A stretch of 64,000 bases of DNA from Gammaproteobacteria bacterium (GCA_030830685.1 JAURMM010000054.1:717-64716); one strand, 5' to 3'. Positions 10,150-21,142 are shown, counted from the stretch's first letter. Made by a program: numbers and translations. Notes: generated by a model from the letters alone, not told the origin.

Positions 10150-11052
10150 ATGGCTCAATTCCGCGGCAGCATGGTGGCCATCGTCACGCCCATGAACGGC
10201 GGTGTGACGACCGATGCGGCGATCGACTGGGATCGCTATGCGGCCCTGCTCGAGTTCCATATCGCGGAGGGCACCGACGCCATCGTCGCCGTGGGGACAA
10301 CTGGGGAATCCGCGACGCTCGATGAGGCCGAGCACTGCGAAGTCATCCGCCGCACCGTGCAATGGGTGGCGGGCAGGGTGCCTGTCATTGCCGGGACCGG
10401 CGCCAACTCCACCACGGAAGCGATAGCACTTACCCAGGCAGCCAAGGAGGCCGGGGCGGATGCCTGTCTGCTGGTTACCCCGTATTACAACAAGCCCACC
10501 CAGGAGGGCTTGTACTTGCATTACAAGGCCGTGGCGGAGTCTGTTGCTATTCCGCAGATTCTCTATAACGTCCCCGGGCGCACTGCCTGCGATATGCAGG
10601 TGGAGACAGTCATTCGGCTCGCCGCAGTACCTAATGTCATCGGCATCAAGGAGGCTACAGGCGAGGTGCAGCGAGTGTCGCGCTTGCGCGACGGTTGCGG
10701 CAGGGACTTCCTGGTGGTGAGCGGTGATGACGCCACCGCGCGCGAATTCATGCTGGCCGGCGGCGATGGCGTGATTTCGGTCACGGCCAACGTTGCGCCC
10801 CGGCAGATGCACGAGATGTGCATGACCGCCCTGGCGGGCGATTCTGCACGCGCGGCAGCCCTGGATGATCGGCTCGCGCCCCTGCATCAGGATCTTTTCT
10901 GCGAGTCCAACCCCATCCCGACCAAGTGGGCATTGCACGCCATGGGGCGTGCGGAAGTCGGTATCAGGCTCCCTCTCACCTGGCTTACGCCAGAGGGACA
11001 ACACAGGGTCCGCGCGGCGATGACGCACGCCGGGATCCCCATCCAGATCTGA
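10150..11052 (+). CDS. dapA: 4-hydroxy-tetrahydrodipicolinate synthase
   Basis: FRGSMVAIVTPM...VAVGTTGESATL...VIAGTGANST...LLVTPYYNKPTQEGL...YNVPGRT. Start taken at MAQFRGS. Confidence 0.95.
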   Translation: MAQFRGSMVAIVTPMNGGVTTDAAIDWDRYAALLEFHIAEGTDAIVAVGTTGESATLDEAEHCEVIRRTVQWVAGRVPVIAGTGANSTTEAIALTQAAKEAGADACLLVTPYYNKPTQEGLYLHYKAVAESVAIPQILYNVPGRTACDMQVETVIRLAAVPNVIGIKEATGEVQRVSRLRDGCGRDFLVVSGDDATAREFMLAGGDGVISVTANVAPRQMHEMCMTALAGDSARAAALDDRLAPLHQDLFCESNPIPTKWALHAMGRAEVGIRLPLTWLTPEGQHRVRAAMTHAGIPIQI

Positions 11053-11102
11053 TCTCCCGACGGGGCGAGAGCCCGGTTGGCTGGTCGGCTTTTCGAGGTT
11101 AG

Positions 11103-12236
11103 ATGTCTATGGTTCAGGTGTTGATGTTGCTGTTGGTCGCGTTGGCCAGCTTGGCGGGGTGCAGCAAGGTGGTGCCCAAACTGGATGAGGTCCTGCCGGA
11201 TAATCGGGTTGAGTACCGCAAGAGCAAGACCATGCCGGATCTCGAGATCCCGCCTGAGCTCACCACCGATGCCATCCGTGATCGCATGGCGATCCCGGAG
11301 GGCGGTGAGACCGCAACCTATTCCACCTATCAGGAACGTGTCGCCGAGCGTAAACGGCAGCAGGAGCTGGAACGCACCGCAAGTGAAGCCGTGCGGGTGC
11401 TGGACAATGAGCACGTGCTGGCAGTTTCCGGGGCCATTCCCCAGGTCTGGCCGCAACTCGTGGATCTGATGCAGAACCAGCTCGGCTACCAGCTGGACCT
11501 GGATGACGAAGAGCTCGGCATCATCGAAACCGTGTGGGTCGAGAATGAAGAGGCCCTGCGCCGCGAGAAGTTCAAGATCTTCGTGGAACCGGGCGAGGAC
11601 GCGGGGACTTCCGTGCTCTACGTCTCCAATCGTGCAGAAGAGATCAGCCAGCAGGGCACTGGCATGGTTTGGACGCCAGCTACCCGCGACGTTGAGCGTG
11701 AGAAGCTGCTCGTCCAACGTGTCCAGGAGAAGCTCGGCGCCGCCGACAGTGCGGCAGAGACCCCTGTCGCGCAGGCCTACCCACTGGAAGCAAATTCGGG
11801 TGCCAGCGTGGAAGAGGAGACCGGGGACGAGTACACGCCGGACAGTGGCGAGGGTGGCACCGGACGCGCAGAACTCATCAGCGCCGGCGGCGGCAAGATT
11901 TATCTTTCTGTGCGCGAAGCTTACGCCACCGCTTGGGCGAGCACTGGCGCGGCGATCGGGAACGCGGGCTACGAGGTGGATCAGGCCGACAAGGACCGCG
12001 GTATCTACTACATTCGTGTGCCAGCCCGTGAGGGCGAGATTGCGAAACGCGGCATGCTGAGCAAGCTCAAGTTCTGGGGCAACGAGGAAGAGCACGAACT
12101 CCAGATCAACCTCACCGGTGTGGGTGAGAAAACCGAGGTGGTGGTGTTGGACAAGGAGGGGCGCTGGGAGACCGGCAATGTCTCCAAGCGCATTCTGGAA
12201 CGCCTGAGCCGCGAGCTGAACCGCGCCCGGAACTGA
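11103..12236 (+). CDS. bamC: Outer membrane protein assembly factor BamC (lipoprotein)
   Basis: Lipobox LASLAGC, position directly after dapA, and a length of 377 aa. Confidence 0.8.
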   Translation: MSMVQVLMLLLVALASLAGCSKVVPKLDEVLPDNRVEYRKSKTMPDLEIPPELTTDAIRDRMAIPEGGETATYSTYQERVAERKRQQELERTASEAVRVLDNEHVLAVSGAIPQVWPQLVDLMQNQLGYQLDLDDEELGIIETVWVENEEALRREKFKIFVEPGEDAGTSVLYVSNRAEEISQQGTGMVWTPATRDVEREKLLVQRVQEKLGAADSAAETPVAQAYPLEANSGASVEEETGDEYTPDSGEGGTGRAELISAGGGKIYLSVREAYATAWASTGAAIGNAGYEVDQADKDRGIYYIRVPAREGEIAKRGMLSKLKFWGNEEEHELQINLTGVGEKTEVVVLDKEGRWETGNVSKRILERLSRELNRARN

Positions 12237-12242
12237 CACAGA

Positions 12243-13061
12243 ATGTCCAGCGCCCCGGCGCCTGTCTCCGGCCATCTGCGGTGCGCCATGATCGGCAGTG
12301 GCAGTGCAGGCAATGCCACACTGGTGATGGCGGGTGACACCGCCGTCCTCATAGACTGCGGCTATTCCATCAAGGCGTTCGAGGAACGCGCGGCAGAGCT
12401 CGCTTTTGATCCGGCGTCCCTCGCGGCCATCCTGGTCACCCATGAGCATGATGACCATGCGGGTGGCGTGGATGCTTTGGCCCGTAAATACGAAATCCCG
12501 GTTCACGCGACACGCGGCACGCGCGTGGCGACCGAGGCCCGCATCGGCGCCTTGCCTCATTGGCAGGAGCTCTCGGCCCACGTCGGGTTCCGCCTCGGGC
12601 AACTGGAAATCACACCGATTGCAGTCCCGCATGATGCGCGGGAGCCGAGCCAGTTCATTTTCGAGGCCGGTGGCCTGCGGCTGGGTGTCCTGACAGACAT
12701 CGGAAGTCTCACGCCGCATGTCATCAGGCAGTACCAGACATGCCATGCCATGGTGCTCGAATTCAACCACGATCCGTCGCTGCTTGCGGCCTCGGCCTAT
12801 CCCTCGAAGCTGAAGCGGCGAATCGGGGGGGACTACGGGCATTTCAGCAACCTGCAATCACGGCAGTTGCTGCGCGCCTTGCGTGATTCGCCGCTCAATC
12901 GGGTGGTGGCAGCGCATCTCAGCGAACGCACCAATCATCCGGATCTGGTGGCCGAGTGCCTGGCCGGGGCCGCCACGGAAGCCGGTGGTTTCGACTGGTC
13001 CATCGCGGCCCAGAGCGACGTGTTGCCGTGGTTCGAAGTGGAGGCCCGTCTCAGCGCTTGA
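12243..13061 (+). CDS. MBL-fold metallo-hydrolase
   Basis: HEHDDHAGG metal motif with an N-terminal IGSGSAGNATLV. The start is uncertain (12243 or the ATG at 12288). The 3' end overlaps der convergently by 11 nt. Confidence 0.75.
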   Translation: MSSAPAPVSGHLRCAMIGSGSAGNATLVMAGDTAVLIDCGYSIKAFEERAAELAFDPASLAAILVTHEHDDHAGGVDALARKYEIPVHATRGTRVATEARIGALPHWQELSAHVGFRLGQLEITPIAVPHDAREPSQFIFEAGGLRLGVLTDIGSLTPHVIRQYQTCHAMVLEFNHDPSLLAASAYPSKLKRRIGGDYGHFSNLQSRQLLRALRDSPLNRVVAAHLSERTNHPDLVAECLAGAATEAGGFDWSIAAQSDVLPWFEVEARLSA

Positions 13062-14457
13062 TGTGCCGGATGAGCCGGCGGCGCTTTTCAACCTGCCGAC
13101 GCGTTAGCACGTTCTTGCGCCCCGAGAAAGGGTTGTCTCCCGTGCGAAATTCGATGCGCACCGGTGTACCCACCAGACGTAGGGCATTGCGGAAGAAGTT
13201 GGCCAGATAGCGTCGGTAGCTGTCTGGAACATCATCCGTCTGGTTGCCATGAATGATGATGGTCGGCGGATTCTTGCCCCCGAAATGGGCGTAACGCAGT
13301 TTGATGCGGCGTCCCCTCACCAGCGGCGGATTGTGGCGCTCGAGCGCATCCTCGAGCAGTTCGGTCAACAGCTTGGTAGGCACATCGATGTAGGCGGACC
13401 TGTAAGCCGCGTTGATGGCATCGAACAAATCTCCCACGCCCGTGCCATGCAGCGCCGAGATGTAATGCGTGGTTGCAAAGTCCACGAATTCCAGCCGCCG
13501 GTCGAGCTGCCGTCGCATTTCGTCACGCACTTCCGGTGAGAGTCCATCCCACTTGTTGACCGCGATGACCAGTGAGCGCCCGCATTCCACCACCGAACCG
13601 AGGACGGTCAGGTCCTGCTCGGTCACGCCGTCGCGCGCATCCAGCACCACTATGACGACATGCGCGAGGTCGATGGCCTGGAGGGATTTGATGGCACTGA
13701 ATTTTTCCACCACATCGGTCACCCGGGCGCGTCGGCGCAGGCCTGCGGTATCGATGAGCGTATAGGCGTGGCCGTGGCGCTCCAGCGGGATAGCCACGCT
13801 GTCATGGGTCGTGCCGGGCAGATCGGCCGTCAGCATGCGCTGCTCGCCCAGCATACGATTGGTGAGCGTCGATTTGCCCACGTTCGGGCGACCACATATC
13901 GCGACCCGCACGCTGGTATCGCCGTCTTCTTCGGCTTCCGGGACGAGCCAGTCGGCGGTGATCGTCTCTACCATGGAGACCACGCCGGTACCATGGGCAG
14001 CAGAAATAGCGAACACCGGATGCAGACCGAGCTCTGCAAACTCGGCGCCCACGTCGGTCGCGTTCATGCTCTCGGTCTTGTTGACCGCCAGATACAGGGG
14101 CTTGTTGCTCTTGCGCAGGTGCTGGGCAAGAGTCCGATCCGCTGGCGTGAGACCTTCGCGGCCATCGATGATCAGGATGCCGGCGGCGCACTCGTCCAGC
14201 GCGTGCAGCGCCTGCTGGCTCACCTGAGTCGCCAAGGGGTCATCAGAATCATCGATGCCGCCGGTATCCACGACCAGATAGGCTGCTTGACCTACCCGTC
14301 CCACACCGACCTTGATGTCGCGCGTTACTCCCGGAACATCGGCCACGAGTGCATCCCGAGTGCGCGTGAGACGGTTGAAGAGCGTCGATTTGCCTACGTT
14401 CGGTCGGCCGACCAGCGCCAAGGCAGGCTTGGCGTCGCGGGTGATATCAAGAGCCAT
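13051..14457 (-). CDS. der: Ribosome biogenesis GTPase Der (EngA)
   Basis: Two GTPase domains (GRPNVGKSTLFNRL and GRPNVGKSTLTNRM) and a KH-like C-terminus. Confidence 0.95.
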   Translation of the reverse strand: MALDITRDAKPALALVGRPNVGKSTLFNRLTRTRDALVADVPGVTRDIKVGVGRVGQAAYLVVDTGGIDDSDDPLATQVSQQALHALDECAAGILIIDGREGLTPADRTLAQHLRKSNKPLYLAVNKTESMNATDVGAEFAELGLHPVFAISAAHGTGVVSMVETITADWLVPEAEEDGDTSVRVAICGRPNVGKSTLTNRMLGEQRMLTADLPGTTHDSVAIPLERHGHAYTLIDTAGLRRRARVTDVVEKFSAIKSLQAIDLAHVVIVVLDARDGVTEQDLTVLGSVVECGRSLVIAVNKWDGLSPEVRDEMRRQLDRRLEFVDFATTHYISALHGTGVGDLFDAINAAYRSAYIDVPTKLLTELLEDALERHNPPLVRGRRIKLRYAHFGGKNPPTIIIHGNQTDDVPDSYRRYLANFFRNALRLVGTPVRIEFRTGDNPFSGRKNVLTRRQVEKRRRLIRHIKR

Positions 14458-14474
14458 GCGGTCTGATCCTGCCG

Positions 14475-15671
14475 CTATTCGATGCGGAAGGCAGCGATCT
14501 TCCCGGATGAGCTGTAACCGAGCAGGGCGCCTCCAATGTCTATCGGTGGCGTGAGGATGCGTTTCTTGTCGATGCGGGTGCGGGCCACGAGTTCGCCGGT
14601 GTCTGCATCCATCCAGTGCAGATAGCCTTCAAAGTCGCCGGTGACGATATGGCCCTGGAAGTAAAGCGGGCCGGTCAACTTGCGGTATTGCAGATCCTTG
14701 TTGCGCCAGACGGCACTGCCATCAAATCGACTGAGCGCCCACACCATACCGCGTTCATCGGTGATGTAGACCCGCTCATCGTCCACGGCGACGTTGTCAT
14801 AGGTGGACATGTCGCGCGTCCATTCCACACCACCACCCTCTGCGGACAGTGCGGCGACGCTGCCTTGGTAACTGCCAATATAGAGTAGGTCCTCCTTGAG
14901 GACAGCCTCGCCATCGATGTCGACCAGTCGTTCGAGGTCTGAGCGCCCCGACGGCTGGGCCAGTCGGGCGTCCCACAGCTGCTGACCGGTGTTCAGATCG
15001 AGCGCCACGATGCGTCCATTGTCGAAGCCGGCATAGACCACACCGCGGTGGATGGTGGGTGCGGCAGTGCCACGCAGGGTCAGGGTAGGGATGCTACGGT
15101 CGTAGACCCAGCGCTCAAGACCCGTCTCTGTATCCAGCGCATAGATGTTGCCGTCACCGGTGCGGATGATCACGACACCCTCGGCTGCTCGGGGGGGAGC
15201 CAGTACCTCACTGGAGACCTCGGCCACCCAGAGCTTCTTGCCGGTCTCGGCGTCGCGCGCAACGACCTCAGCCTCGGAGGTGCCCACGAACACCTTGCCC
15301 TCGCCGACGCCAGGACCACCAGAGATGAGGCGGCCGTCATCCTGTTCCGACCAGCGTTCATCGCCGCTGCTGGCATCAAGGGAAATCATGCGGCCGTCGC
15401 GATCAGCCGTGTAGACATGCTGGCCGTCCGAGGCGGGAACGAGCTTCAGGTAAAGCGATTCAGTGCCTTTCCCGGCGCGTTCGGACCACAGTTCGGTCAC
15501 GTTGAGAGTGGGCTGGAACTCCTTGTCCAACTCCGTCGGCTTGGTTGCATCATCCGCATCGCCGTCGTCGCTGAGCCAGCCGGTCGTGGTCTTCTTCACC
15601 TTGTTCATCGTGTCCGCGCATCCCCCCAGCAGCAGCAGGGTCGCGAGAACCGCCAGTCCGAAGCGGCGCAT
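14475..15671 (-). CDS. bamB: Outer membrane protein assembly factor BamB (PQQ-like beta-propeller lipoprotein)
   Basis: Lipobox LLLGGC after MRRFGLAVLATL. Repeated propeller blades follow. Conserved yfgM-bamB-der order. Start trimmed to 15671, just after the yfgM stop. Confidence 0.9.
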   Translation of the reverse strand: MRRFGLAVLATLLLLGGCADTMNKVKKTTTGWLSDDGDADDATKPTELDKEFQPTLNVTELWSERAGKGTESLYLKLVPASDGQHVYTADRDGRMISLDASSGDERWSEQDDGRLISGGPGVGEGKVFVGTSEAEVVARDAETGKKLWVAEVSSEVLAPPRAAEGVVIIRTGDGNIYALDTETGLERWVYDRSIPTLTLRGTAAPTIHRGVVYAGFDNGRIVALDLNTGQQLWDARLAQPSGRSDLERLVDIDGEAVLKEDLLYIGSYQGSVAALSAEGGGVEWTRDMSTYDNVAVDDERVYITDERGMVWALSRFDGSAVWRNKDLQYRKLTGPLYFQGHIVTGDFEGYLHWMDADTGELVARTRIDKKRILTPPIDIGGALLGYSSSGKIAAFRIE

Positions 15672-15672
15672 C

Positions 15673-16332
15673 TTACTTGGCCGTCGTCGCGGAGAGCTCG
15701 ATACCGAGGGCATCCAGCTTCATTTCCAGGTGCGTTGCATCGCCGCCTGAGGTCGCAATCTGACCGATGGCGGTCTGGTAGAGTTCCGCCGCCTTCTCGC
15801 TCTCACCCCGCGCGGCCAGGACATCTGCCCGCACCTCGGCAAAAGGGGCGTATTCGCCTTCGGTAGGAAAGTTTGCGATCGCCTTGTAGGCACCCTCCGC
15901 ATCCCCTTCTGCCAGCAGCAACTGGGCGAGACGTCCTCGCGCCACGATCCCCAACTCGGAATTCGCATCCCGGGCAATGATCCAGTCCAGATGCTTGCGG
16001 GCTTCATCCGATTTCTTCTCGTCCACGGCGAGGCGCGCAAGCAGCAGAGCCGTGAGCTTGGCGTAGCTGGAATCCGGGTAGGCGTCCAGGATGGCCGTGC
16101 CGTTGCGGGTGACATTTTCGCCCGGCCCCTGGGCGGCTGCCTCGAGAAATTTCTGGTAGTTGATGGATGCGTTCAGTGCCGCGGTTTCCTGGGTGCCATT
16201 CCAGTAGCGGTAGCCGAACAGGCCCGCCAGTCCGATGGCGAGTCCTGCGACCAGAGACTTGCCATAGGCATCCCACCAGCGGCGTAACTGCTCAAGTTGT
16301 TCGCGTTCAGAGCTGTTGTTTTCCACTACCAA
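15673..16332 (-). CDS. yfgM: YfgM-family membrane-anchored TPR-like protein
   Basis: N-terminal anchor (LVAGLAIGLAGLFGY) followed by a TPR-like helical domain. It sits between hisS and bamB. Confidence 0.75.
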   Translation of the reverse strand: MVVENNSSEREQLEQLRRWWDAYGKSLVAGLAIGLAGLFGYRYWNGTQETAALNASINYQKFLEAAAQGPGENVTRNGTAILDAYPDSSYAKLTALLLARLAVDEKKSDEARKHLDWIIARDANSELGIVARGRLAQLLLAEGDAEGAYKAIANFPTEGEYAPFAEVRADVLAARGESEKAAELYQTAIGQIATSGGDATHLEMKLDALGIELSATTAK

Positions 16333-16344
16333 TCTCCCAGGAGG

Positions 16345-17619
16345 TCAGGCTGAGCCCAGCAGGGCCAGCAGGTGTTCCGTCAATGCGTGTCGCGCCACGC
16401 GTCGTTGTTCGCCCTGGCCACGCAGGGGCTTGAGGGTCACCAGCCCGGCCGCGAGCTCCTCGCTGCCCAGGATCAGCGCCACCGCTGCACCGCTGCGGTC
16501 CGCGCGCTTGAGCTGGGACTTCAGGCTTTCCTGGCCGCAATGACAGAGCACCCGGGTGCCGGGGAGCGCATCCCGCACTGCCTCTGCCAGCGCGAGAGCG
16601 GCGGCCTTTTCCTCGATGCCCGTACCCATCACGTACAAATCTGCCTCCGAAGCCTCTTCCTCACCCGCGGGTGGCAACAACTCCATCAGGCGTTCTAGCC
16701 CCATCGCGAAGCCGATGGCGGGTGTGGCGCGACCGCCCATCTGGGCGACGAGACCATCGTAGCGCCCACCGGCGCACACTGTGCCCTGAGCGCCCAGATC
16801 ATCGGTGATCCACTCAAAGACGGTCTTCGAATAGTAGTCGAGCCCACGAACCAGATGGGGATTGACGGTATGCGCCACGCCAGCAGCATCGAGCACCGCG
16901 CGGACTGCGCCAAAATGGGAACGCGACTCTTCGTCCAGAAATTCAGCCAGCTGCGGGGCGTCTGCAATCAGCGCCTTGAGTGCCGGATTCTTCGAATCCA
17001 GGATGCGCAGTGGGTTGCGCGTCAGACGATGACGGCTGTCCTCGTCCAGGGCATCGTGGTGGTTATTGAAGTAGGCCACCAGCTGCTCGCGATGCAGCGC
17101 GCGCGATTCCGGGGTGCCAAGCGTGTTCAGTTCAAGGCGCAGGTTCTTGAGCCCTAGGACCTGCCAGAGGCGTGCGGTCATGAGGATGAGTTCGGCGTCT
17201 ATATCCGGACCGGCCATGCCGAGCGCCTCCACGCCGACCTGGTGGAACTGACGATAACGCCCCTTCTGGGGGCGCTCGTGGCGAAACATGGGCCCGAGAT
17301 AGAACAGGCGCTGTGCGCCGGCCTGCAACAATCCGTTCTCAAGCACGGCGCGCACACAGCTTGCCGTGCCTTCAGGGCGGAGAGTCAGGCTGTCCCCGTT
17401 GCGATCCTCGAAGGTATACATCTCTTTCTGCACGATGTCGGTGGTGTCACCAATCGAGCGCGCAAATACCTGGGTGGACTCGACAATCGGGAAGCGTATT
17501 TCGCGGTAGCCATACTGGCTGAGAACACCGGTGATGTCCGCTTCGATCTTGCGCCAGCGATCGGCAAGTGGTGGAACGGTATCGTTCATGCCGCGCACGG
17601 CACGCAGAAGCTGATTCAT
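16345..17619 (-). CDS. hisS: Histidine--tRNA ligase
   Basis: VRGMNDTVP...[11 protein letters not shown]...[22 protein letters not shown]...GGGRYDGL are class II HisRS motifs. Confidence 0.95.
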   Translation of the reverse strand: MNQLLRAVRGMNDTVPPLADRWRKIEADITGVLSQYGYREIRFPIVESTQVFARSIGDTTDIVQKEMYTFEDRNGDSLTLRPEGTASCVRAVLENGLLQAGAQRLFYLGPMFRHERPQKGRYRQFHQVGVEALGMAGPDIDAELILMTARLWQVLGLKNLRLELNTLGTPESRALHREQLVAYFNNHHDALDEDSRHRLTRNPLRILDSKNPALKALIADAPQLAEFLDEESRSHFGAVRAVLDAAGVAHTVNPHLVRGLDYYSKTVFEWITDDLGAQGTVCAGGRYDGLVAQMGGRATPAIGFAMGLERLMELLPPAGEEEASEADLYVMGTGIEEKAAALALAEAVRDALPGTRVLCHCGQESLKSQLKRADRSGAAVALILGSEELAAGLVTLKPLRGQGEQRRVARHALTEHLLALLGSA

Positions 17620-17628
17620 GAAGAACTC

Positions 17629-18759
17629 TTATTCGGATCTGCCGAGGCGGTAACGTGCGACGCCGCTGCGCGGACGCTCGCTGAGGTCCACCGGCGCGCC
17701 ATCGAAGCTGGCTGAAATTGCCGGCGGAAAGCCGACGACCATTTCGTAGGGTGGGCGACCCTTGAGCGCGATGCGCTGCCCGGGTTTGAGCGTGCCCATG
17801 AAGAGCCGCTTGCCTGCGGAATCAGAGACCTCCACCCATGACTCTCCTCTACCCTCGACCACGAGTTCCTGGCTGCCGGCAGCGGATCGCGGGCGCGGGG
17901 GGGGCGAAGCAGGCGTCGGCCTCGGCGCTGCCGGTTCTGCCAGAGCTACCGGAGCAGATTCTCTGGGCGCCGGCTTCTCCGGCGCGCGGAGGGGCGCTGA
18001 AGACAACGGTGCCGGACTCGCCAGCTCTGAATCTACCTGTTCGGAGGGCTTCCGTTCGGGCGGGGGCGAGGAGGGCTCTTCAACCGGACGGGAATCCGTC
18101 GGGGCCCGTCCGGATTCTATCTCTGCGTCCGCGATTTCCGCGCCCGGAAGCTCATCTGCCGGGGGCGCCGAGCCATCGGTCTGGTGCCGGAACGTCTTGA
18201 CTGGCCCCAAGGGTTCACGCGAATGGTCCACGATGGTGTAGGCATACGGCAGCGGTATGCCGGGATCCGGCTCGGGGGCAGTGGCTTCCTCTTCTAGCGC
18301 CGCGAGTTCCTCCGCGGATTTCTCGCCCGCCTGATAGTTGTGCCGCCACCAAGCGGCCACCAGCAGGATGAAAACCAGCGCGAGGACCGCGGTTACTGTG
18401 CGTATGACCAAGCTGGAACTTGTGATTTGCGCCGGGCTGCGCGTGGCGAAATCTGCCAGCTTCGGATCCTGCGCCTCTTCCTGTTGCGCATAGCGCGCAA
18501 TCAGCGGTGCCGGATCGATATCCAGAGCGCGCGCTGCGCTGCGCAAGTAACCCTTGATGAAAGCGCTCGCCGGCAGGCTCTGGTAATCCTCGGTCTCCAA
18601 AGCCTCGATGATGCGGGGTTCCAGTCGGGTGCGGTGAGCGACTTCGGCGATACCGAGTCCGGCTTGCTCTCGGGCTGCACGCAAGGCCGCGCCGGGCCCC
18701 ACGCTGTCAAGGCCTGATCTCATCCGGGACATCTCGCCGGGAGGTTGGTTTGATTCCAT
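17629..18759 (-). CDS. rodZ: Cytoskeleton protein RodZ (HTH, transmembrane segment, Pro-rich linker, DUF4115-like C-terminus)
   Basis: N-terminal XRE-type HTH (LRAAREQAGLGIAEVAHRTRLEPRIIEALE), a single transmembrane segment, a proline-rich region, and its position between pilW and hisS. Confidence 0.8.
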   Translation of the reverse strand: MESNQPPGEMSRMRSGLDSVGPGAALRAAREQAGLGIAEVAHRTRLEPRIIEALETEDYQSLPASAFIKGYLRSAARALDIDPAPLIARYAQQEEAQDPKLADFATRSPAQITSSSLVIRTVTAVLALVFILLVAAWWRHNYQAGEKSAEELAALEEEATAPEPDPGIPLPYAYTIVDHSREPLGPVKTFRHQTDGSAPPADELPGAEIADAEIESGRAPTDSRPVEEPSSPPPERKPSEQVDSELASPAPLSSAPLRAPEKPAPRESAPVALAEPAAPRPTPASPPPRPRSAAGSQELVVEGRGESWVEVSDSAGKRLFMGTLKPGQRIALKGRPPYEMVVGFPPAISASFDGAPVDLSERPRSGVARYRLGRSE

Positions 18760-18767
18760 TTCGCGCG

Positions 18768-19526
18768 TTACTCCAGCTCGCCACGCTGGTACTGGCCGTA
18801 CTCAGGGGAATCAGGGAAGCGATTCTTGAGCTGCAACGCATAGCTCGCCACCCCGTCCTGGTTTCCCAACGCCTGCTCAATGCGCATGCCGAGCCACAGC
18901 GTTCGCGGTGATTGCGGGCTGACTTCCGTGTAGCGCTGATAGTAGGCACGGGCCTGCAGCGGATTCTGCTGATCGAGGCTCAACTGGGCCATCGACAGCA
19001 ACGCGGGGGGCAGACGCGAGGAGCGTTGAAGGGCCGAGCGAAATAAATCCTCCGCCCGAACGGTGTCACCCGACTGCATTGCGCAGGTACCAGCATTGGC
19101 CATGGCATTCTCTGGCGTGGGGTTGAGCGGGTTGTCCATGGCTTCCTTGAACCGGGACTGGCCTTCCTCATAGCGTTTCTGCTGGCACAGAAACCGCCCG
19201 TAGTTGTTCAAGGCCGTGATATTGCGCGCATCCAGTGCGAGCGCCTTGCGGTAGTTCTCCTCCGCCTGCGGGTATTCGCCGATGTTGTTGTAGAGCAAGG
19301 CCAAGGCATTGTGCGCATTTACCGATTTCGGGTTCGATTCCAGCGCGCTCTCCAGCTTGCGCAGCGCAAGTTCGTTATCACCATCCTGCATGTAGGCGAT
19401 GGCCAGCTGCGTATTGATGTCGGCGAGCTTGATGCGGTCATTTTCCTTGCTCGAACCTTCCCGCGTCCCGCTGGACTGACAGGCTGCGAGCAGCAGGGCT
19501 GTCGCAATGAACAGCGCAGCGCGCAT
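18768..19526 (-). CDS. pilW: Type IV pilus biogenesis/stability TPR lipoprotein PilW (PilF)
   Basis: Lipobox LLLAAC after MRAALFIATA, TPR repeats, and its position after rlmN. Start trimmed to the ATG at 19526. Confidence 0.8.
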   Translation of the reverse strand: MRAALFIATALLLAACQSSGTREGSSKENDRIKLADINTQLAIAYMQDGDNELALRKLESALESNPKSVNAHNALALLYNNIGEYPQAEENYRKALALDARNITALNNYGRFLCQQKRYEEGQSRFKEAMDNPLNPTPENAMANAGTCAMQSGDTVRAEDLFRSALQRSSRLPPALLSMAQLSLDQQNPLQARAYYQRYTEVSPQSPRTLWLGMRIEQALGNQDGVASYALQLKNRFPDSPEYGQYQRGELE

Positions 19527-19536
19527 GACGGACACT

Positions 19537-20646
19537 TCAGGCACCGGCACGCAAGGCCGTGGCTTCCGCGTGCACTTTGCGATGACGTGCCGCGCGCGCC
19601 AGCACCTTGCCAACCAGCTGCCCACAGGCTGCGTCGATATCATCCCCGCGCGTCTTGCGGGTGGTGGTGACATAGCCCGCCTTCTGCAGGATCTGGCGGA
19701 ACTCCAGAATCCTGCTCTGCGGCGAGCAGCTGTAATCAGCGCCTTCAATCGGATTGAAGGGGATGAGGTTCAGCTTGGCGGGGATTCCCCGCAACAGCTT
19801 GGCTAGATCTCGGGCTTGGGCGGGACTGTCGTTCACGCCGTCGAGCATCACGTACTCGAAGGTGATCTGGTCATGCGGGCTGTCGGCTACATAGCGCTTG
19901 CAGGCTGCCAGTAATTCGGCCAGCGGGTAAGTGCGGTTGAGCGGGACGAGCACGTCACGCAAGGCGTCCTCGGGCGCGTGCAAGGACACGGCGAGGCTGA
20001 CCGGGCATTCCTCCCGGAGTCTGTCCATGCCGGGCACCATGCCTGCGGTACTCAAGGTGACGCGGCGCCGCCCGAGGTTGTAAGCGCTGTCGTCCAGCAT
20101 CAGGCGCATGGCAGGCACCACTCGCTCGAAGTTCATCAGTGGTTCGCCCATGCCCATCATTACCACATTGGTGATGTGGCGGTGAGTCTTCGGGTTCTGG
20201 CCCAGGTGACGCGCCGCAATCCAGACTTGGCCGATGATTTCGGCGGTGGAGAGGTTGCGGCTGAAGCCCTGCTTGGCCGTGGCGCAGAAACTGCAGTTGA
20301 CGGCGCAGCCGACCTGCGAAGAGACACAGAGGGTGCCGCGCTCAGCTTCAGGAATGTAGACGGTCTCGATGCAGTTGCCGTTGTCCACGCGCAGCAACCA
20401 CTTCAGCGTGCCATCGTCAGACTCCTGCACAGTCATGATCTCAGGCAGCCGGAATACGGTCTCCGCCGCCAGCCGCTCACGCAGCGCGCGACTGAGATTG
20501 GTCATGGCGTCAAGTTCGATGACACCCTGCTGGTGGACCCATTTGACAATCTGGGTCGCGCGGTAGGGGCGCTCCCCCACCGACGCGAAGTACTGCGTCA
20601 ATCCTTGCGGATCGAAATCGAGCAGATTGATTGGCGCGTCCGACAT
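19537..20646 (-). CDS. rlmN: 23S rRNA/tRNA adenine-C2 methyltransferase (radical SAM)
   Basis: [22 protein letters not shown] radical-SAM cluster, GMGEPL, and a C-terminal DIDAACGQL. Confidence 0.95.
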   Translation of the reverse strand: MSDAPINLLDFDPQGLTQYFASVGERPYRATQIVKWVHQQGVIELDAMTNLSRALRERLAAETVFRLPEIMTVQESDDGTLKWLLRVDNGNCIETVYIPEAERGTLCVSSQVGCAVNCSFCATAKQGFSRNLSTAEIIGQVWIAARHLGQNPKTHRHITNVVMMGMGEPLMNFERVVPAMRLMLDDSAYNLGRRRVTLSTAGMVPGMDRLREECPVSLAVSLHAPEDALRDVLVPLNRTYPLAELLAACKRYVADSPHDQITFEYVMLDGVNDSPAQARDLAKLLRGIPAKLNLIPFNPIEGADYSCSPQSRILEFRQILQKAGYVTTTRKTRGDDIDAACGQLVGKVLARAARHRKVHAEATALRAGA

Positions 20647-20651
20647 GGGGC

Positions 20652-21077
20652 TCAGCGTGGGCAGAGCTCGCTGCCGGCAAAGAAGAAGGCGATTTCCACC
20701 GCCGCGGTTTCTGGCGCATCTGAGCCGTGGACCGCGTTCTCGGAGATGTCCTTGCCGAATTCGGCGCGAATGGTGCCCGGTGCGGCCTTGGCCGGGTCGG
20801 TGGCGCCCATCACTTCGCGGTTTTTCGCGATGGCGTCCTCGCCCTCGAGCACCTGTACCAGCACGGGGCCGGAGGTCATGAAGTCCACGAGTTCCTGAAA
20901 AAATGGGCGTGCACGGTGCACGTCATAGAAATTGCCAGCCTGCTCTGGCGTCAGCTTGAGCATTCTGGCGGCAATGATCCTGAGCCCGGCGGCTTCGAGT
21001 TTGGCGAGAATGCCGCCAATGTGATTGTCGCGGACAGCGCTGGGCTTGACGATGGAAAGGGTGCGCTCGATAGCCAT
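20652..21077 (-). CDS. ndk: Nucleoside-diphosphate kinase
   Basis: [12 protein letters not shown]...[20 protein letters not shown], 141 aa. Confidence 0.95.
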   Translation of the reverse strand: MAIERTLSIVKPSAVRDNHIGGILAKLEAAGLRIIAARMLKLTPEQAGNFYDVHRARPFFQELVDFMTSGPVLVQVLEGEDAIAKNREVMGATDPAKAAPGTIRAEFGKDISENAVHGSDAPETAAVEIAFFFAGSELCPR

Positions 21078-21142
21078 GAATCAGAAGCTCCTGAGAGTTG
21101 CATAAGGCATTGAAAAGCACACCATTATATTGGGTGCTATGC

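Noticed and set aside
9871-12857. Long minus-strand ORFs 9871..11028 (385 aa) and 10887..12857 (656 aa)
   Set aside because: They lie antisense to the clearly recognisable dapA, bamC and MBL genes. The sequences are low-complexity and Arg/Gly/His-rich with no motifs, so they are high-GC shadow frames.
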